The position numbers and the translations under genes were made by a program. This document shows, piece by piece, positions 10,086 through 18,651 of a stretch of 46,309 nt of DNA. Source of the stretch: an uncultured Dehalococcoidales bacterium. GTDB taxonomy: Bacteria; Chloroflexota; Dehalococcoidia; Dehalococcoidales; DAOVUZ01. Where the stretch lies: contig CAZTRJ010000004.1 of NCBI GenBank assembly GCA_964616615.1, forward strand, positions 1 through 46,309, read 5' to 3'. Numbering within the stretch: the stretch's first letter is position 1; each line of letters opens with the position of its first letter. The notes beneath the pieces were generated by a model. That model saw only the letters and a list, made by a program, of their open reading frames with translations. It made no database searches and was not told the DNA's origin.

Positions 10086-10592
10086 GTGAACCTTAAGGCT
10101 CTATATAAGTTAGGCTACGGTTTATATGTCGTATGCTCAACAAAGGGAGGCAGGCTCAATGGACAAATCGCCAACACCGTGTTTCAGATAACCTCTGAGC
10201 CACCAACTATTGCCGTGAGCATCAACAAAAATAATCTAACCCATGAGTTTATCACGGAAAGCAAGGTCTTTACCGCTTCAGTCCTCTCCCAGGATACACC
10301 CCTCTCTTTCATCGGTCACTTTGGCTTCAAGTCAGGCAGAGACATAGACAAACTAGAGAGCATTAACTATAAAATAGGTGAAACGCAAGCCCCAGTGGTT
10401 ACTGACAATACGCTGGCTTATCTGGAAGCCAGGGTAATTCAACAAGTAGATGTGGGAACCCATACTATTTTTACCGGTGAGGTTGTAGGGGCGGATATTA
10501 TTAAAGAAGGCGAGCCTATGACCTATGCCTATTACCATCAGGTCAAGCGGGGCACCACTCCCAAGACGGCTCCGGTTTATGTTGAGGAGTAA
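10086..10592 (+). CDS. Flavin reductase-like FMN-binding domain protein (N-terminal part of an Hrb-type protein)
   Basis: YGLYVVCSTKGGRLNGQIANTVFQITSEPPTIAVSINK...THTIFTGEVV. GTG start follows GGAGGT. Ends at TAA 10590-10592. Confidence 0.75.
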   Translation: MNLKALYKLGYGLYVVCSTKGGRLNGQIANTVFQITSEPPTIAVSINKNNLTHEFITESKVFTASVLSQDTPLSFIGHFGFKSGRDIDKLESINYKIGETQAPVVTDNTLAYLEARVIQQVDVGTHTIFTGEVVGADIIKEGEPMTYAYYHQVKRGTTPKTAPVYVEE

Positions 10593-10772
10593 AAGGTAGA
10601 AGCTCTCAAAGCACCAAAATACCAGTGTAGCGTTTGCGGCTATATCTATGACCCGGAACTGGGAGACCCCGATGGCGGTATTAAACCGGGGACACCCTTT
10701 GAAGAGATACCAGACGACTGGGTATGTCCCGTCTGCGGAGCCGCTAAGAGCCAGTTTGAAAGAATAGAATAA
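10593..10772 (+). pseudogene. Rubredoxin domain with no start codon, in frame with the upstream flavin reductase across a single TAA
   Basis: Translation is [59 protein letters not shown]. There is no ATG/GTG/TTG between the TAA and the first CxxC. Confidence 0.75.
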
Positions 10773-10871
10773 AGGAAAAGTATTCCTATTAAAGGTAGTG
10801 CTAGAATCAAGCACACCGAGGTTGAGCAGGAAGATTATAGAAGATTATAAGGAAATAGTGCAGGACCGGAC

Positions 10872-10901
10872 TTGACAAATCACAGCATAGCAGGTTATAA
10901 T
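10872..10901 (+). promoter_or_regulatory. Sigma70-type promoter candidate: TTGACA-18-TATAAT
   Basis: TTGACA at 10872-10877 and TATAAT at 10896-10901, about 85 nt upstream of the DUF134 gene. Confidence 0.45.
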
Positions 10902-10982
10902 AATTATGGGCGTAAGTGCATAATATAGTCTGCTATGTGGACAGATTTATGGACATAAGCCCGTAATACCTAATTAGGGAGA

Positions 10983-11468
10983 TTGGAAAATATCGTGGGC
11001 AGACCACCATTATGGCGACGAGTAAATTATATTCCACAGGTCTCCTATTTCAAACCCGCTGGCGTACGCCTGGCTCAATTGCAGGAAATATGCCTTGCTG
11101 TTGAGGAGGCAGAAGCAATTCGTCTTAAGGAACTGGAAGGTCTGGAGCAGGAGGAATGCGCTCAAAGGATGAATATTTCACGGACGACCTTTGCCCGCGT
11201 GTTGACTTCAGCCCGGCAGAAAGTGGCTGATGCTCTGCTTAATGGTAAGGCGATAAAGATTGAGGGCGGAAACTTTGAGATGGCGGCTCGCCGCTTCAGG
11301 TGTGTTAATGGTCACGAATGGGATGTGCCGTTTGAAGTAATGACAAATACGCCTGCTCAGTCTTGCCCTACCTGCGATACTCCAACTATCATGCCTGTCT
11401 GGCCCTGGGGACCGGGTTGGGGTAGAGGTGGTGGAAGACGACGCCACAGTGGAGGACACAATTGGTGA
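10983..11468 (+). CDS. DUF134-type putative DNA-binding protein with a Zn-ribbon and a Gly/Arg-rich tail
   Basis: GRPPLWRRVNYIPQVSYFKPAG...EEAEAIRLKELEGLEQEECAQRMNISRTTFARVLTSARQKVADAL, then CVNGHEW...CPTCDTP, then WGRGGGRRRHSGG. The start could instead be GTG 10995. Confidence 0.65.
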   Translation: MENIVGRPPLWRRVNYIPQVSYFKPAGVRLAQLQEICLAVEEAEAIRLKELEGLEQEECAQRMNISRTTFARVLTSARQKVADALLNGKAIKIEGGNFEMAARRFRCVNGHEWDVPFEVMTNTPAQSCPTCDTPTIMPVWPWGPGWGRGGGRRRHSGGHNW

Positions 11469-11520
11469 AGGAATTCAGCGACTCACCATGAGGAGGTGAG
11501 AAGCAGGAAGGAGGTAGAAT

Positions 11521-11913
11521 ATGCCTAACGGATTTGGTAGAGGGAGAGGTGGAGGATTCGGTTTTAGAGGGGGTATGGGCTTTGGATTTCGAGGTAGCTC
11601 TCCTCCCTGGCCCTATGTGGGTATAGGTAGAGGGGGATTGCCACGATGCGGTTACTTCCTCAGTGGAGCTGCGGGAATACCGGCACAATGGCCATACCAA
11701 CAGTTCCCTTATCCCGCTAGCCCAGGATTCGGTGTCGGGGAAGGCTCATATCCTCCCTATGCCACAGCGTCACCCGCTTTTGGTAACGCTCCCTCCGCTC
11801 CCCAGATGACTCGTGAGCAGGAGCTTGATTTCCTGAAGAACCAGGCTGAAGCAATAAAGGGGCAACTGGAGCAGATAGAGACCAGGATTCAGCAACTGGG
11901 AAGTGAGACTTAA
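11521..11913 (+). CDS. DUF5320-like protein (RGG/FG low-complexity N-terminus, C-terminal coiled-coil helix)
   Basis: MPNGFGRGRGGGFGFRGGMGFGFRG ... MTREQELDFLKNQAEAIKGQLEQIETRIQQL. Confidence 0.6.
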   Translation: MPNGFGRGRGGGFGFRGGMGFGFRGSSPPWPYVGIGRGGLPRCGYFLSGAAGIPAQWPYQQFPYPASPGFGVGEGSYPPYATASPAFGNAPSAPQMTREQELDFLKNQAEAIKGQLEQIETRIQQLGSET

Positions 11914-11952
11914 GCGCCGCTTAGAATGATTAACAGCTACAAGGAGTAAATT

Positions 11953-12504
11953 ATGAGAATTGCTATTTCGGCTACGGGTCCAACTCTGGATGCCGAGGTA
12001 GACCCTCGTTTCGGCCGATGTCAATACTTTATCATTGTCGACCCGGAGACAATGGAATTTGAAGCCCTGGAAAACTCCAATGCCATGGCTGGCGGTGGGG
12101 CTGGTATCTCCACCGGACAGATGATTGCCAGTAAGGGGGTAGAGGCAGTGCTCACTGGCAACTGTGGCCCTAACGCCTACCAGGTATTGTCTGCTGCCGG
12201 GCTTCAGGTGATAACCGGCGTCTCAGGAAGGATAAGGGACGCCATTAAGGAATACAAGTTGGGCACATTTTCTGCAACCCAGCAGCCTAATGTAGCTGAC
12301 CACTTCGGCATGAGCTACGGTGGGGGTATGGGAATGGGCCGTGGTATGGGCATGGGCCGAGGCATGGGTATGGGAGCCGGAATGATGCCACCAGTTAGCC
12401 CATTATCTCAGCCTCCAAGCCCGGAGCATGAACTTGAAGCGCTCAAAACACAGTCACAGGCGCTGGCGCAGCAACTGGCTGAAATTCAACGCCACATTGA
12501 ATAA
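11953..12504 (+). CDS. NifB/NifX-family cofactor-binding domain protein fused to a GMGR repeat and a DUF5320-type helix
   Basis: MRIAISATG...VDPRFGRCQYFIIVD...GVEAVLTGNCGPNAYQVLSAAGLQV, then GGGMGMGRGMGMGRGMGMGAGMM, then ELEALKTQSQALAQQLAEIQRHIE. Confidence 0.7.
   Translation: MRIAISATGPTLDAEVDPRFGRCQYFIIVDPETMEFEALENSNAMAGGGAGISTGQMIASKGVEAVLTGNCGPNAYQVLSAAGLQVITGVSGRIRDAIKEYKLGTFSATQQPNVADHFGMSYGGGMGMGRGMGMGRGMGMGAGMMPPVSPLSQPPSPEHELEALKTQSQALAQQLAEIQRHIE
12325..12378 (+). repeat. Three tandem 18-bp (six-codon GMGMGR) repeats inside the NifX-like gene
   Basis: ggtatgggaatgggccgt / ggtatgggcatgggccga / ggcatgggtatgggagcc, read directly. Confidence 0.8.
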
Positions 12505-12530
12505 CTTGAACAGAAGAGGAGGTGACAGTC

Positions 12531-12782
12531 ATGCCAATCTATGAATACCAGTGCACTCAATGTGAGGAGAGGTTTGAAGTCCGTCAGTCCATGGGAGAGG
12601 ATGGCTCCAAATTACATTGCCCTAAATGCACTGCCCCGAATCCGAAACGGGTGATTTCCTCATTCTCCAGCCCGGGCTCAAGCACATCTGAGTCTTCGAA
12701 GATAAGCCCCCCTACCACCGTCCGTAGGAGCAGATGTGGACCACAATACCGCCTTGACAAACTCAAAAAAAAGAGGAAGTGA
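12531..12782 (+). CDS. FmdB-family zinc-ribbon protein
   Basis: MPIYEYQCTQCEERFEV...LHCPKCTAPNPKRVISSF. ATG follows AGAGGAGGTGA. Confidence 0.7.
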   Translation: MPIYEYQCTQCEERFEVRQSMGEDGSKLHCPKCTAPNPKRVISSFSSPGSSTSESSKISPPTTVRRSRCGPQYRLDKLKKKRK

Positions 12783-12786
12783 AGCT

Positions 12787-12984
12787 ATGCCCAGAGGAGA
12801 TGGCACCGGACCACCCACTAGACGCGGTCAGAGAGGTGGTCGGATGAGAGGTAACCAACCTGGAGTTGGTCCAGGTGGAAACTGCGTCTGTCCCAGTTGC
12901 GGCACGAAGGTATCCCACAAGTTGGGAACACCCTGTTACACTCTGAGCTGCCCTAAGTGCGGGACGAAGATGACGAGAGCATGA
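12787..12984 (+). CDS. DUF5320-like mini-protein with an RGG tract and a Zn-ribbon
   Basis: MPRGDGTGPPTRRGQRGGRMRGNQPGVGPGGNCVCPSCGTKVSHKLGTPCYTLSCPKCGTKM. Confidence 0.55.
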   Translation: MPRGDGTGPPTRRGQRGGRMRGNQPGVGPGGNCVCPSCGTKVSHKLGTPCYTLSCPKCGTKMTRA

Positions 12985-13847
12985 TAATATCGGTCGCCAG
13001 TGGTAAAGGCGGGACCGGTAAGACCCTGGTAGCTACCAGTCTTGCCCTCGCCTTGAGGGAAAGAGACAATGTGCAGCTTCTTGACTGTGACGTGGAAGAA
13101 CCAAACGACCATGTTTTCCTGAAGCCAATTATTACCCCCAGTGAAACAGTTTCTATCCCCGTGCCCAAAGTGGATGAGGAAAAATGTAACTACTGCGGTA
13201 AATGTGCCGAGGTCTGCGCCTACAATGCTATCGCCGTGATAAACCAGAAGGTGCTCGTCTTTCCCGAACTCTGCCACGGCTGTGGCGCCTGTAGTTATCT
13301 CTGTCCGGAAAAGGCTATTTCCGAGGCGGCAAATGAAATCGGGGTAATAGAGATGGGATATGCGGATGGCGTGGACTTTATCCATGGGAAGCTTGCCATT
13401 GGCAAGGCTATGGCACCACCTATTATCAGACAGGTTAAAGAACATGCTAGCCATACAGGTGCCGTCATCATTGATGTTTCTCCGGGGACATCATGTCCGG
13501 TAGTAGAAGCAGTCAAGGATAGCGATTTCTGCCTCCTGGTAACCGAGCCCACACCCTTTGGACTTAATGACCTGGTTCTGGCAGTAGAGACAGTGAGACG
13601 GCTTAATATACCCTGCGGCATAGTCCTCAACCGTGTCGGGGTAGGAGATGGAAAGACAGAGGAATACTGCCAGAAGGAGAATATACCCATTCTACTTACT
13701 ATTCCTCTGAATACCGAGATTGCTCACTTATACTCAAAGGGCATTCCTCTGGCCGAGGGCTTACCACAATGGAAGAGTAGTTTCCTAGAGCTTTTCGATA
13801 AGATTACGGAGATAGTAAATGAAGGAAATAGTGATACTAAGCGGTAA
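12981..13847 (+). CDS. MinD/ParA-type P-loop ATPase with an inserted 2x[4Fe-4S] ferredoxin module
   Basis: ASGKGGTGKT Walker A. CNYCGKCAEVC and CHGCGACSYLCP cluster motifs. ATGA overlap with the upstream stop. Confidence 0.8.
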   Translation: MIISVASGKGGTGKTLVATSLALALRERDNVQLLDCDVEEPNDHVFLKPIITPSETVSIPVPKVDEEKCNYCGKCAEVCAYNAIAVINQKVLVFPELCHGCGACSYLCPEKAISEAANEIGVIEMGYADGVDFIHGKLAIGKAMAPPIIRQVKEHASHTGAVIIDVSPGTSCPVVEAVKDSDFCLLVTEPTPFGLNDLVLAVETVRRLNIPCGIVLNRVGVGDGKTEEYCQKENIPILLTIPLNTEIAHLYSKGIPLAEGLPQWKSSFLELFDKITEIVNEGNSDTKR

Positions 13848-14679
13848 GGGAGGCACAGGAAAGACCAGCATCGTAGCTTCCTTTGCTGCCCTGGCTCAAA
13901 GCAAGGTGCTGGCTGATTGTGATGTCGATGCCGCTGACCTTCACTTACTGCTCAGTCCCTCAATTAAAGAGGAAAATGAGTTTTGGAGTGGGCAGGTTGC
14001 CGTTATTGATGAGGAAAAGTGCACTCAGTGCGGCCTTTGCCAGGATGTATGCCACTTTGACGCCATTGATGATTTCAGGGTTGACCCTATCTCCTGCGAG
14101 GGCTGTGGCTTCTGCTCGCATATATGCCCCGTTGAAGCTATCACTATGACGGAGAACTTAGCTGGTCAGTGGTCTATCTCTGATACCAAATATGGCCCAC
14201 TCGTTCACGCCAGACTGGGGATTGCCCAGGAGAACTCGGGGAAACTGGTAGCGGTTGTTAGGCAGCAGGCTAAACAAATTGCGGAAAAGCATGGACTCGA
14301 TTACATCATTAGTGACGGGCCTCCGGGCATCGGCTGCCCGGTCATCTCCTCACTTTCTGGAGCTAAGATGGCTCTTCTGGTAACTGAGCCGACGCTGTCG
14401 GGAATACACGACCTGGAGAGAGTCCTCGGTGTTTGTCACCACTTTGGTATTCCCGCTCTAATCTGTATTAATAAGTATGACCTTAATCAGGACAATACCC
14501 GCCAGATTGAGAGGTATTGCCTTAATAATGGGATAGAGGTAGCTGGCAGAATCCCCTTTGATAGCATTGTAACCGAAGCAATAGCACATGGTCTGCCCGT
14601 GGTAGAATATGTCCGGAACGGCGTGTCGCACCAGATAGAAGCCCTTTGGGAGATAGTCTCAAAATCGCTTAATAACTAA
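13819..14679 (+). CDS. MinD/ParA-type P-loop ATPase with an inserted 2x[4Fe-4S] ferredoxin module (paralog)
   Basis: LSGKGGTGKT Walker A. CTQCGLCQDVC and CEGCGFCSHICP motifs. 29-nt overlap with the previous gene. Confidence 0.8.
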   Translation: MKEIVILSGKGGTGKTSIVASFAALAQSKVLADCDVDAADLHLLLSPSIKEENEFWSGQVAVIDEEKCTQCGLCQDVCHFDAIDDFRVDPISCEGCGFCSHICPVEAITMTENLAGQWSISDTKYGPLVHARLGIAQENSGKLVAVVRQQAKQIAEKHGLDYIISDGPPGIGCPVISSLSGAKMALLVTEPTLSGIHDLERVLGVCHHFGIPALICINKYDLNQDNTRQIERYCLNNGIEVAGRIPFDSIVTEAIAHGLPVVEYVRNGVSHQIEALWEIVSKSLNN

Positions 14680-14741
14680 GGAGCTAAGATGCCGTAGAGA
14701 TTAAAAGCCTATATTCAAATATCAGCTCAGGAGGTCTATAA

Positions 14742-15080
14742 ATGAGGTATGCAATACCGGTAACTAGCGGTGGGCTTTCAGCACACTTTGGTCACTGCGA
14801 GCATTTCGCTTTGATTGACGTTGATGAAAAAACAAAGAAGGTTTTGAGAAAGGAGCTTGTCCTCTCACCAGGGCACCAGCCCGGTCTTCTCCCCGAATGG
14901 CTGGCAGAACAGGGAGTCTCAATGGTGATTGCTGGGGGCATGGGTTCCCGTGCTCAGAGCCTTTTTAACCAACATCACATCGGCGTTGTCATCGGCGCCC
15001 TGGAGAGTGACCCGGAGAAAGCAGTCTTGAGTTACCTAAATGGTACACTGGCTACCGGCGATAATATATGTGACCACTAG
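14742..15080 (+). CDS. NifB/NifX-family (dinitrogenase FeMo-cofactor-binding fold) small protein
   Basis: MRYAIPVTSGGLSAHFGHCEHFALIDVD...GVSMVIAGGMGSRAQSLF. Confidence 0.7.
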   Translation: MRYAIPVTSGGLSAHFGHCEHFALIDVDEKTKKVLRKELVLSPGHQPGLLPEWLAEQGVSMVIAGGMGSRAQSLFNQHHIGVVIGALESDPEKAVLSYLNGTLATGDNICDH

Positions 15081-15107
15081 GATGAAAACTAAATTGGAGG
15101 ACAATTT

Positions 15108-16124
15108 ATGGCAACTGAGGAACAAATAAGAGAGAGCCTGAACGGGGTGTTAGTTCCCGATATCAAGCGGAGCCTGGAAGGTTTAAATCTGGTGCATGAG
15201 GTCACTGTGTCTGACCGGGAGGTTAAGATTACTCTGGCTTCAACAGCACTAGGTAGTGCCGCTCAGGATTGGGTTAAAACCAAGTCTAAGGAAGTCATAG
15301 AGAGACTACCTAAGGTAAACAAAGTAGAGGTAGAATTTATCGAGGCTAAGCCAGCAGAGCTAAATGAGATTGGTCACACCTTTGCTGTAATGAGTGGCAA
15401 GGGGGGTGTAGGCAAGTCGCTGGTAGCTAGTTTAATGGCGGTAACACTAAAGCGTCAGGGCTATGAAGTAGGTATCCTTGATGCTGACATTACCGGCCCC
15501 AGCATTCCCAAGATGTTTGGCATTACTGGCCGACCCACTGGCAGTGACACCGGAATCTTGCCCGTCTTATCAAGGTCAGGGATTCCAGTCATGTCCATCA
15601 ATCTTCTTCTACCCAACGAGGATGACGCTGTTATCTGGCGTGGGCCCCTGATTGGGAAAACGATTACCCAGTTTGGGGAACAGGTGCTCTGGGGCAAACT
15701 TGATTATCTGATTATAGACTTGCCCCCGGGCACAGCTGACGCCCCACTTACCGTAATGCAATCATTCCCAATATCAGGAGTGGTCATCGTTTTCACCCCT
15801 CAGGACCTGGTGGAGATGATAGTTAGAAAAGCAGTAAACATGGCTCATAAAATGGGAAAAACTGTCCTGGGTGTGGTGGAGAATATGAGCTATTTCTATG
15901 TCCCTGAGATAGATAAAAAAATTGAACTCTTTGGTAAAAGTCGCCGAGAGGAAATGGCACAAGCCGCCCATGCCCCGCTTTTGGGACAACTACCAATAGA
16001 CCCAGAACTGGCTAAGCTCTGTGATGAGGGAAATATTGAACGCTACAGTGGCGATGTTATGAATAGCTTCAGCGAGTCTCTTTCTAAAGCTATATCAGCT
16101 AAGATAAAACAAGACAGGGAGTAG
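15108..16124 (+). CDS. mrp: Mrp/NBP35 (ApbC) family Fe-S cluster carrier ATPase with an N-terminal DUF59 domain
   Basis: DUF59-like N-terminus, deviant Walker A SGKGGVGKS, and DLPPGTAD. Confidence 0.85.
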   Translation: MATEEQIRESLNGVLVPDIKRSLEGLNLVHEVTVSDREVKITLASTALGSAAQDWVKTKSKEVIERLPKVNKVEVEFIEAKPAELNEIGHTFAVMSGKGGVGKSLVASLMAVTLKRQGYEVGILDADITGPSIPKMFGITGRPTGSDTGILPVLSRSGIPVMSINLLLPNEDDAVIWRGPLIGKTITQFGEQVLWGKLDYLIIDLPPGTADAPLTVMQSFPISGVVIVFTPQDLVEMIVRKAVNMAHKMGKTVLGVVENMSYFYVPEIDKKIELFGKSRREEMAQAAHAPLLGQLPIDPELAKLCDEGNIERYSGDVMNSFSESLSKAISAKIKQDRE

Positions 16125-16127
16125 GCA

Positions 16128-16589
16128 ATGGCTTCGGAATTCGACGAACTTCAGGAACTTATCAAAGCCGAGATGAGAAAAATCTACTCCGAGACGGCTA
16201 TTGACCATTCCATGAACCCCAGAAATGTAGGCAATATAGACAATGCCGACGGCTTGGCTAAGGTAACTGGTTCCTGTGGCGATACCATGGAGATATGGCT
16301 CAAGGTAAACAACAATACCATTGCCAATGCTACTTTCATGACTGATGGCTGTGGCACCAGTATTGCTGCCGGAAGTATGGTTACTGAGTTAGCCAAGGGA
16401 AAGAGTGTTGGCGAAGTTTGGAAGATTAGACCGCAGGATGTTCTGAACGCTCTAGGCGGGCTACCGAAAGAAAGCGAACATTGTGCTCTCCTGGCAGCAA
16501 ATACACTGAAGGAAGCGCTGAAAGACTACCTGGCGATGAAGAAGGAGCCATGGAAAAAGGCTTACCGTAAACATCAAGGAGAGGAATAG
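16128..16589 (+). CDS. IscU/NifU N-terminal-type Fe-S scaffold protein
   Basis: NPRNVG...GSCGDTMEIWLKV...FMTDGCGTSIAAGS...SEHCALLAANTL (three conserved Cys). Confidence 0.8.
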   Translation: MASEFDELQELIKAEMRKIYSETAIDHSMNPRNVGNIDNADGLAKVTGSCGDTMEIWLKVNNNTIANATFMTDGCGTSIAAGSMVTELAKGKSVGEVWKIRPQDVLNALGGLPKESEHCALLAANTLKEALKDYLAMKKEPWKKAYRKHQGEE

Positions 16590-16592
16590 ACG

Positions 16593-17231
16593 ATGCCACC
16601 TATAGTTTCAGTGATAGGCAATTCAAAATCAGGCAAGACAACCCTTATTACCAAGCTTGTTCAGGAATTGAAGTTGCGAGGTTATCGGGTGGCTACCATC
16701 AAGCATATCCCTCAGGGAATTGATTTTGATGAGGCGGGTAAGGATAGCTGGCGCCACATCCAAGCCGGCAGCGAGGCTACAGCTGTTAGCTCGCCAGACA
16801 AGATTGTGCTGATAAAGCCTGTTGCTCAAGATGCCACCCTTGATGAGACAGCTCATCTCCTGGGTGAGGACTACGATATTATTCTTACCGAGGGTTTCAA
16901 GCATGGGGATGCCCCTAAAATAGAAGCCCACCGTAAGGATGCTGGCCCACTGCTCAAAGATATTAAGAAGCTTATCGGCATAGTCACCGATGAGCCTCTG
17001 GAAACCAAGGCAAGGCAGTTCTCCTTTGATGATATTAATGGTCTAGTTGACCTGTTAGAGAAAGGCTTCATAAAGCCACAAGCAGAGCGAATTTCTCTTT
17101 ATGTCAATAATACACCTATAACTCTGACTGCTTTCCCCAAGCAGATTATTACTAGCGTCCTCCTGGCTATGGCCTCTTGCCTTAAAGGGGTAAGGGAAAT
17201 CAGGAATATTCAGATTTTCTTGAGGAAGTAA
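16593..17231 (+). CDS. mobB: Molybdopterin-guanine dinucleotide biosynthesis adaptor MobB with a C-terminal extension
   Basis: VSVIGNSKSGKTTLITKLVQELKLRGYRVATIKH...GKDSWRHIQAGS. Confidence 0.75.
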   Translation: MPPIVSVIGNSKSGKTTLITKLVQELKLRGYRVATIKHIPQGIDFDEAGKDSWRHIQAGSEATAVSSPDKIVLIKPVAQDATLDETAHLLGEDYDIILTEGFKHGDAPKIEAHRKDAGPLLKDIKKLIGIVTDEPLETKARQFSFDDINGLVDLLEKGFIKPQAERISLYVNNTPITLTAFPKQIITSVLLAMASCLKGVREIRNIQIFLRK

Positions 17232-17319
17232 CGAGGGTGAGCCAGAGAGAGAAAGTAGCTATTATCATTGACATGGTAGAGACAATGGTGGCCAGGCTAG
17301 GGCATGTGGAGGCAGAATA

Positions 17320-18294
17320 GTGGTGAATCCTATTATCTATGGGCCAGTCCCATCCAGGCGACTAGGACACAGCCTAGGAATAAACAATATCCCCCCTAAG
17401 ATATGCAGTTATTCCTGCGTTTATTGCCAGCTGGGAAACACGGTGAACATGCAGGTTGAGCGTGAGACTTTCTATGAGCCAAGCGAGATAGTCCAGAGAG
17501 TGAAGGAGAAGGTTAAACAAGTCAGGAAAAAGGGTGAACCAATTGACTATCTAACCTTTGTCCCCGATGGTGAGCCTACTCTGGATATTAATCTTGGTAA
17601 AGAGATTGAGCTTCTGAATTCTTTAGATATTAAAATTGCAGTTATTACTAATGCTTCTCTCATCTGGTGCCAAGATGTTAGACAAGATTTACAAAAAGCC
17701 GATTGGGTGTCACTAAAGGTAGATATGGCAAGCCAAGGAATATGGCGTAGAATCAATAGACCACAAAAATTGTTGAACCTTGAAGAAATTTTAGACGGAA
17801 TGCTGAAGTTCGCTGATACTTTTGAGGGTGAACTAACCACCGAGAGCATGCTTATCCAGGGTATAAACGATGGTAGCCAGGAAATCACGAGAATAGCCCG
17901 CATCCTGGCAGAGTTGAAACCAAAAAAAGCCTACCTGGCAATTCCGACAAGACCACCAGCAAAAAGGACAATAAGTGCTGCCAGTGAACAAGCCATCAAT
18001 ATGGCATTCCAAATTCTTAAACAGAGATTAAGTAACGTAGAATATTTAATCGGCTACGAAGGAAACACCTTTGCCTTTACCGGTAATGTTGAAGATGACT
18101 TACTCAGCATTACCTCGGTGCATCCTATGAGAGAAGAAGCTGTTATAGAACTACTGAACAAGGCTGATACCGATTGGAAAGTTGTCGACAAGCTAATAGA
18201 AGACGGCAGCCTCATGGAGGTGGAATATCAGGGAAGGAAATTTTATATGAGGAAATTGCCCCCAAGTAGGAGGAAACCAGCGGAGGGCGGTTAA
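17320..18294 (+). CDS. Radical SAM protein (COG0731-like) of unknown specific function
   Basis: YGPVPSRRLGHSLGINNIPPKICSYSCVYCQLG carries CX3CX2C. GTG start follows GTGGAGG. Confidence 0.75.
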   Translation: MVNPIIYGPVPSRRLGHSLGINNIPPKICSYSCVYCQLGNTVNMQVERETFYEPSEIVQRVKEKVKQVRKKGEPIDYLTFVPDGEPTLDINLGKEIELLNSLDIKIAVITNASLIWCQDVRQDLQKADWVSLKVDMASQGIWRRINRPQKLLNLEEILDGMLKFADTFEGELTTESMLIQGINDGSQEITRIARILAELKPKKAYLAIPTRPPAKRTISAASEQAINMAFQILKQRLSNVEYLIGYEGNTFAFTGNVEDDLLSITSVHPMREEAVIELLNKADTDWKVVDKLIEDGSLMEVEYQGRKFYMRKLPPSRRKPAEGG

Positions 18295-18336
18295 TTAGAT
18301 ACTTGGCGCTCAATAAGGAGTTTAAAAGGTGAAACA

Positions 18337-18651
18337 ATGCTACAAATAAGGAAAGACCTATGTGTTGGCTGTGGGCTCTGTGCTGAGAATTGCCCACAAC
18401 AAGCCATCTCACTTGTTACCGGTCAGGCTGAAATAGACCAAAGGCGGTGCAACCAGTGCCGCTTTTGCCTCGAGGTTTGCCCCCAGAGGGCAATTGTAGA
18501 AATGGTCCCGGTATCAAAGCCAGAGCTACAAGCTACGGTTGTTTCACTGAAGCAAAGGACAGAGAACCTTATCGTGCAGATTGAAAAGCTGAAGCACCAG
18601 AAGGCTATCAGGGCTGAAACTACTGGTCAAAACTGGAGGGAACAGAGTTGA
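18337..18651 (+). CDS. 2x[4Fe-4S] ferredoxin with a C-terminal coiled-coil helix
   Basis: CVGCGLCAENCP and CNQCRFCLEVCP, with the tail ELQATVVSLKQRTENLIVQIEKLKHQ. Confidence 0.75.
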   Translation: MLQIRKDLCVGCGLCAENCPQQAISLVTGQAEIDQRRCNQCRFCLEVCPQRAIVEMVPVSKPELQATVVSLKQRTENLIVQIEKLKHQKAIRAETTGQNWREQS

